A DNA stretch of 60,677 nucleotides, filler included, from Hausera hauseri (taxonomy: Eukaryota): the NCBI GenBank assembly GCA_046269625.1. It is 13 parts of 13 records of this genome, joined end to end, with 100 filler letters (N's around TTAATTAATTAA, not from the genome) between each part and the next. Parts side by side here need not be neighbours in the genome. Positions count along the whole stretch, not along the records: positions 50,270 to 55,550 come from JBJURY010291836.1; positions 55,651 to 60,677 come from JBJURY010356932.1; 11 more parts are not named here. The stretch is one strand, 5' to 3'. The notes under the pieces were generated by a model that worked only from the letters and a program-made list of their open reading frames with translations, was not told where the DNA came from and did not search any database. How positions within the stretch are numbered: the stretch's first letter is position 1; the number at the start of each line of letters is the position of its first letter. The position numbers and the translations under genes are program-made. Shown in pieces: positions 55,269 through 60,677 of this stretch.

Positions 55269-55505
55269 TTATGTATTGTACATGTGCAATACATATATGT
55301 ACTGCACCTTTTGTTTTCCTTTTGGCATGTTAGACATTGCTGGAATATTGGTATAGAATATTTCTTTTTTCAATTTGACGAAGGATATCAAGTGTTGTTT
55401 ATGTACGTCGTAGAATTCCTCGTACGCTGTCCTGCACACTACCTCACATGTAGGGCATATATAGTATTGGATTCTATTGAACATGTGGCCATAGTATTTG
55501 ATCAT
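55269..55505 (-). CDS. Second, upstream copy of the PolB N-terminal Cys/His module
   Basis: YICPTCEVVC...FYDVHKQHL vs PGCETVY...FYEDHKYHL (55199) and YICPGCETVC...FYYDHKDHL (16827). Confidence 0.6.
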   Translation of the reverse strand: MIKYYGHMFNRIQYYICPTCEVVCRTAYEEFYDVHKQHLISFVKLKKEIFYTNIPAMSNMPKGKQKVQYIYVLHMYNT

Positions 55506-55864
55506 GGTACTATGGCAGGTTTCTGGATCATGTATTGGAGCCAGACATTCNNNNNNNNNNNNNNNNNNNNNNNNNNNNNNNNNNNNNNNNNNNNTTAATT
55601 AATTAANNNNNNNNNNNNNNNNNNNNNNNNNNNNNNNNNNNNNNNNNNNNATATATGTACGTTTTGGAAGAAAAGATAGATAGAGGAAAAGACATGTTTA
55701 TTTTGTAAGGAAAGAGAAATGGAGAATGTATATGCCATTTCGGGGGTACAGCGTGTCACTCGGGACCCGGCCGCAACCAAAATCGTTACGAGTAGGAATT
55801 CTGTATATTCATTAGAGGTATATGTTTTAAGTATAGTGGACAAATGTGAAGTTGTAGTGCTGTC

Positions 55865-56480
55865 ATATACATCAGCGTATTTATTTTTTTGAACATTTTT
55901 ATGACACTTTCATCTCGGCTCAACAGATTTTGTTGTAAAAACGGTCGGACGTACGTTACGTCGATATTACAAAATATTTGCTGCATCGCGTGCCGACCCT
56001 TCATTCCGATGATTTCTTCAAATCTGGTAAGAACGTGGTTAATCATCGATTCCGTTACTTGATGAATCAAACTCAATTCATTCGGTTTTTTGATTTCAAT
56101 ATTAAACATTTTGACAAGGGGCTTTATAGTAATGCTCATGGACAAAATAGTAAACAACGCAATGAATATGGTGATGTCTTGTACAGCGTTTTCATTTATT
56201 TTCGTGTTAGGAGGAATTAATAACGATAAACAATATGCAATTCCGCCACGCAGACAGCCATACGATATGATAAATTATTTGTTACTCTTAATACGCCTTA
56301 CATTTAAATCCAAATAATTAATAATGAATAAAATAATGTAAAAATGAATCTACCGTAGAGGCATAATAGTAAACTCCGTAAAATAAACCCAAAATACGAC
56401 ATCCAACTGAAAATTCTTTCCGAAACAGACACCTCAATTTGGAATAAGGAAACATATTCACTTAAATTAGCCAGTATTTT
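55865..56480 (-). pseudogene. SLC9A: Fragment of an NHE (SLC9A) Na+/H+ exchanger: last TM helices and proximal tail
   Basis: LANLSE...LLLCLYGRFI...FIISYGCLRGGIAYCL...FTILSMSITIKPLVKMF...NHVLTRFEEIIG..GRH, cf. NHE YGGLRGAIAF, QGMTIRPLV, DHLLTGIEDI.G. Confidence 0.85.
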
Positions 56481-56559
56481 CGATAATCGTTTGAGTCGTT
56501 TTTCATTGTCGATCCAACAAATCCATTTTGACTTATCATTACGTTCACGTTCGATTTGA

Positions 56560-57325
56560 ACGGCCTGTGAAATTGCTACATCTACAATATTATTAGCAAT
56601 ATGAAGTAATTCGACATATTTCTCTTTCCAGTGGCAATGATGGCTGCAGTCATTAAAAGAACATTCGGTAATATCATCTAAAATACTCTGAGGGTTCTGA
56701 TAAAACCTGAGATATGAACTGTAATCGATAGGATAAAACCTGGATAATTGAGATACAGTTTAAGATCAAAACTGAAATCAATTGCGGCTAATTCAATGAG
56801 CTGATTGTGAATATTAGGAAAGCAATCACAAGGTATTGTAGAATCTTTAGTATGAAACTTCCTATTTATATCTGAATTTTTATATGCTGTCGCGAAGTAT
56901 TCGTGGAGCCTTTTCTCTATTAGAGCCATTCGAATTAGAGCTCTTAACATAGCATAATCTGTGTTTATATTATCCAGTTCCTTTATGATTGATATACAAT
57001 TATTTCCAATATTTGTACAATTTCTGTTGAATAATTTCCACGGATGACCTTTGACGTTGTTTGGAAATGAAATGAATGCACCCTTTAAATGAAAGTAAAT
57101 CACATGTTTGAGTATTGTACAAAATTTCAAAACATCGTCGAATAAATCGTCTAACGTTTCTTTAAAACATGACTTATCCAATAGATTTTTGACAGAAAGA
57201 CTTAAAACGGCAATAATGTTATTTCTGATGATTAGTAATGCTTTTTCCATTTCGCAATTGTTTATGTCTTCTGACACCATTGTTATTTCGTATTTCCAAA
57301 TAAGCAAAAATTCCAAAATGAGCAA
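56560..57325 (-). pseudogene. RUNDC3: RUNDC3 (RPIP8)-like RUN-domain coding sequence, intronless and 3'-truncated
   Basis: RNNIIAVLSLSVKNLLDKSCF.ETLDD...NNCISII....N....RALIRMALIEKRLHEY...RKF...LAAIDFSFDLK matches RUNDC3 SVKTLIDRSCFETIDD, RAWIRVALMEK, AIDFSFCLK. Confidence 0.85.
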
Positions 57326-57513
57326 AAGGATAAATAATTCAGAAAATAAGGCGATTTCTAATTATCTATTTTATTTTTTTAACTTCATAACAAAATCAAT
57401 TCATTTTTATAAACCACAATTTTTTTAAATAACGCAGTAAAAACTAACAAATTTAATACAATTTTTCTGAAACAAACGGTGAGAAAACTTAACATTTAAA
57501 GTCAGGCCATAAA

Positions 57514-58510
57514 TCATCTGTGTAAACAAAATTGATGGGATTTCAGTAATAGCAACGAATTTCTATTAATTGAATTGTATCTATCATAAGTCTTTAATTT
57601 GAAATTTCTTTTGCGTCCGGATACGTGTATAATTACTGTTCTTCTATCTGTTGTGATTTCGTAATATTTGGAAAAATTCCGAACAATTATTAATAATGGA
57701 AAACCGATGGCCAAAACGCAGGCAATTGCACAAATACTACCGATCAATTTTCTCCAAGGCGTAACTGTCAAAACATCACCATATCCCACTGTTGTCATTG
57801 TAATCAGTGCCCACCAAAACACATCTGGGATACTACGAAAATGTGACATATCTGATTCGAGTTCTGCGATTTAGACAACACTTGCAATTAGAATTACGCA
57901 TATCAACAAAAAAAACAGTAACAATCCCAACTCTTTAGTACTGGCCTGCATAGTTTTGCTAAGAATTCTCAAACTTTTCAAATGGCGCGATAATTTAAAT
58001 ATTCGGAAAATACGAACTAAACGAACTACTCGCAACCTGGTCAGTGTATCAATTTGTTGTTAATTGCCTTCGCCTGTAATGAGTAATTTAACCGTCACAT
58101 ATTATGGTAGTATCGTGAGCATATCGATTATATTTATAATGGATTTGAAAAATCGTAATTTATCTGCAGATGAAAGAGGTCGAATTATTAATTCCACTAC
58201 AAACCAGATTATACAAATTTTATAAATAACGAACAAAGGATTTGTCAACTCTGGTTTAACATCTTTTTCTATTCGGGTTATGTTTTAGTTGATTTTCGAA
58301 TTACTTTGTTTATGTATACGATACCGCCACCGACGTAATAATCATAATAACTGATAACACGGCAATTGCACTTTCATTGAGTTCATTTTCATTGCACTTT
58401 CATCTATTTTTTCCAATAGTATATCGACAGGAACATCGAGGGGTTGACGAAGTTTTCCACAACTTTGATAATAATAAAGAATTCCATCGAAACTCGATCG
58501 ATTTCTGTCA
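57514..58510 (-). pseudogene. KCNA: Shaker/Kv1 voltage-gated K+ channel, decayed and intronless
   Basis: T1 [25 protein letters not shown]; S4 [18 protein letters not shown]; pore SIPDVFWWALITMTTVGYGD; several stops, frameshifts and deletions. Confidence 0.92.
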
Positions 58511-58749
58511 AAGGACAAATTTGTTTTGTCCAAAACCACTATTTATCTAGCCCCTTCGCTTTTGGATTCTCTTAGGTTTTCTGTTCATTGTACGACTCAT
58601 AAATAGACTAAAGTAAGTTCCAAATGTATGGACAAAATTTGAATCACCAATATCCAAAACCAATATTAATCGTCGACCAATATATTCATTCAGAACCATC
58701 ATGACTTGCGGCAGCTGCATTGTGGTGGCGTTCGAGTCCACGGCATCAC

Positions 58750-60677
58750 ACTACCCCTCGTTACGGAAATGATACTGTATTAATGGAAAGAAAGTAGTAG
58801 AAGACAAAGTAGTGAGGTGTAGAAGAACTATTGAAAGAAGCAAATTTTTGATGTAATTGAAACAGAAACGTGGAAAGGATACGTTTTGTGAGCTATTGCA
58901 TCTTTGTATGGACAAGACGTTGAATTTTGTAAACATTCTGTTCTCTGCTGTATTTACTGAAGGTAAGCGTCTTGCTTTGTTTAATGTGCTGTTTAATTGT
59001 CTGTTGAGATGGTTGAGATGAAATTAAGTTTTGATGGGACATGTCAGCAGCTTGAGAACTGATCGGTATAGCGTTTGGTGTAATGTTTTGAGTTGATGCA
59101 GGTTTCGGAGTAGCAAGTCGTCGTGCAGGTAGAATGGGAGAAGAATTGAAAGAATAAAGAAAGTTTTGTGTGGATTCAGCTGAAAATTCCGGTGAATCAT
59201 CGACGAAGAATGCTGGTTTTACGTTATTTATGTGTCTGTTTTGCTGTTTATCGTTTTTGAGTATGGTAACTGTGTGTGAACTTAGGTTGAGGACTTTAAA
59301 TGGTCCTAAATAGTTTGGTTAAAATCCTGTAAGTGAAGGGTTTTTTATCCAAATGAATTTTGCGTTGAATAATGAATCAGGTAAGTATGTTTTGTCTCCA
59401 TGTACTATTTTGCAGAAAGAATCCTGGCTTAACTGAACGAAGTGATTTTGTGCAGACCTAATTCTTTCGTCAGTTGGTGTGTTATCCAAGTCGGTAAGCT
59501 AAAAAATTGCCAGAATTGTAGTACCAAATAGTGCTTCAGCAAGTGCACAACCGGTGATGGTAGAAGGCGTATTGCGCCATCCGAGTAAGACAAAGGAAAG
59601 ATGGTTGTCCAATTCTTATAAGATTCGGCCAGGATTTTTAACGAGATCTTGAGAGTGCGATGGAAGCGTTCCAATAAGTCGTTCGACTGGGGATGATATG
59701 GAGTTGTGTGTATATGATTTATGCCCAGTCGATTAACTAGAAATTTGAATAGGTTCGATTCGAATTGGGAATCTTGGTCAGTAATTATGTAGCGAGGTGA
59801 ACCGAACCGGCTAATCCAAATCCTTATGAAAGCGTCGGCAATGGCATCTGTATTGATGGAGCGCAAGTGGACGGCTTCAGGCCAACGAGACGAGCGGTCC
59901 ATCATTGTTAATATGAATTGGTGGCCGTTATCGGAAGGTAATGTGCCAACGATATCTATATGAACTGACCCAAAACGGGATGTACATGGGAAATGAAATA
60001 ATGATGGTTTAAGATATTATCAACTTTGAATTTTTGACAAGCTACACATTGCCTAACTTAACTCTGTACATGGCCATGTTACGTGGCGTTTGAGAAGACG
60101 GAATGTAGCCTTGGAACCTGTATGATACAAAGAATGAACATGTTGAAATACAGTTTGTTGAAGAGAAGGTGCTAAAATTGGCAAATGTTGTCCAGGTGTC
60201 GAAGTATCCATGGCTATTCCATCGATGATTTTCATTGTTTCAGAATTTCGTTGGAAGGTGAATTTTGGATTAACTGGTCTTTTGAAAATATTGGTGTGAC
60301 GCTAATTGCTCCAACTGACTGTGATAGGAAATCAGCTATTAAATTATCTGTCCCTGATATATGGCAAATTTTAAAGTTAAATGTTGAAAGATAGGATATA
60401 TGGCGTTCTTGTCGCAGTGATGGCTGTTTCATTGTCATTACGTGAACGAGAAGGTTGTGGTCAGTTTGAATGGTGAAGAAGCGAGCGATAAGCAAGTGTG
60501 AACATTGTTTTAGAGCTAAAACAATAGTCAAGAGTTTTCTATCGAATGTAGAATAGCGGCGTTCTTGTTGCTGCAGCTTGCGCGAAAAAAATTCTAACGA
60601 TTCATTTATCCCTTGGGATATTTGATGAAGAACCGCTCCTACTGCTGTAGTTGATGCATCGGTTGTTAAAATGAGTT
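58750..60677 (-). mobile_element. Gypsy RNase H-integrase region, PPT and 3' LTR start at 58750
   Basis: TDASTTAVG, RYSTFDR, TDH, MDRSSRWPEAV, YHPQSN..ERFHRTLK; PPT GAGGGGTAG then TGTGATGCCGTGGACTCG. Confidence 0.95.

Overview
Eukaryotic (animal) genomic DNA. It consists of 13 unlinked 4-6 kb contigs joined by artificial 100-bp N/TTAATTAATTAA linkers, so adjacency across linkers means nothing. Most of the window is mobile DNA: four degenerate Polinton/Maverick (adintovirus-type) protein-primed PolB copies, one with an adenain protease, a DEDD-like exonuclease and a RING-finger gene; seven pieces of one Gypsy LTR lineage; a tandem pair of a second Gypsy family; a Tc1 element; piggyBac, LINE, RTE and SINE remnants; and a foldback element. 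The only clearly resident host gene is a spliced TOPBP1. The most striking signal is in the first Gypsy lineage. After the polypurine tract and a conserved 20-50 nt LTR tip, each copy continues into different sequence. In two copies that sequence is recognisable, intronless, decayed, co-oriented host coding DNA: Shaker Kv + RUNDC3 + Na/H exchanger in one copy, a GT32 glycosyltransferase in another. A similar mosaic (unknown protein + beta-repeat protein + KIFAP3) lies directly upstream of a gag. I infer a 'Pack-LTR' system: multi-kilobase LTRs loaded with concatenated host mRNA fragments. All protein identifications are by-eye motif recognition; no database search was run.
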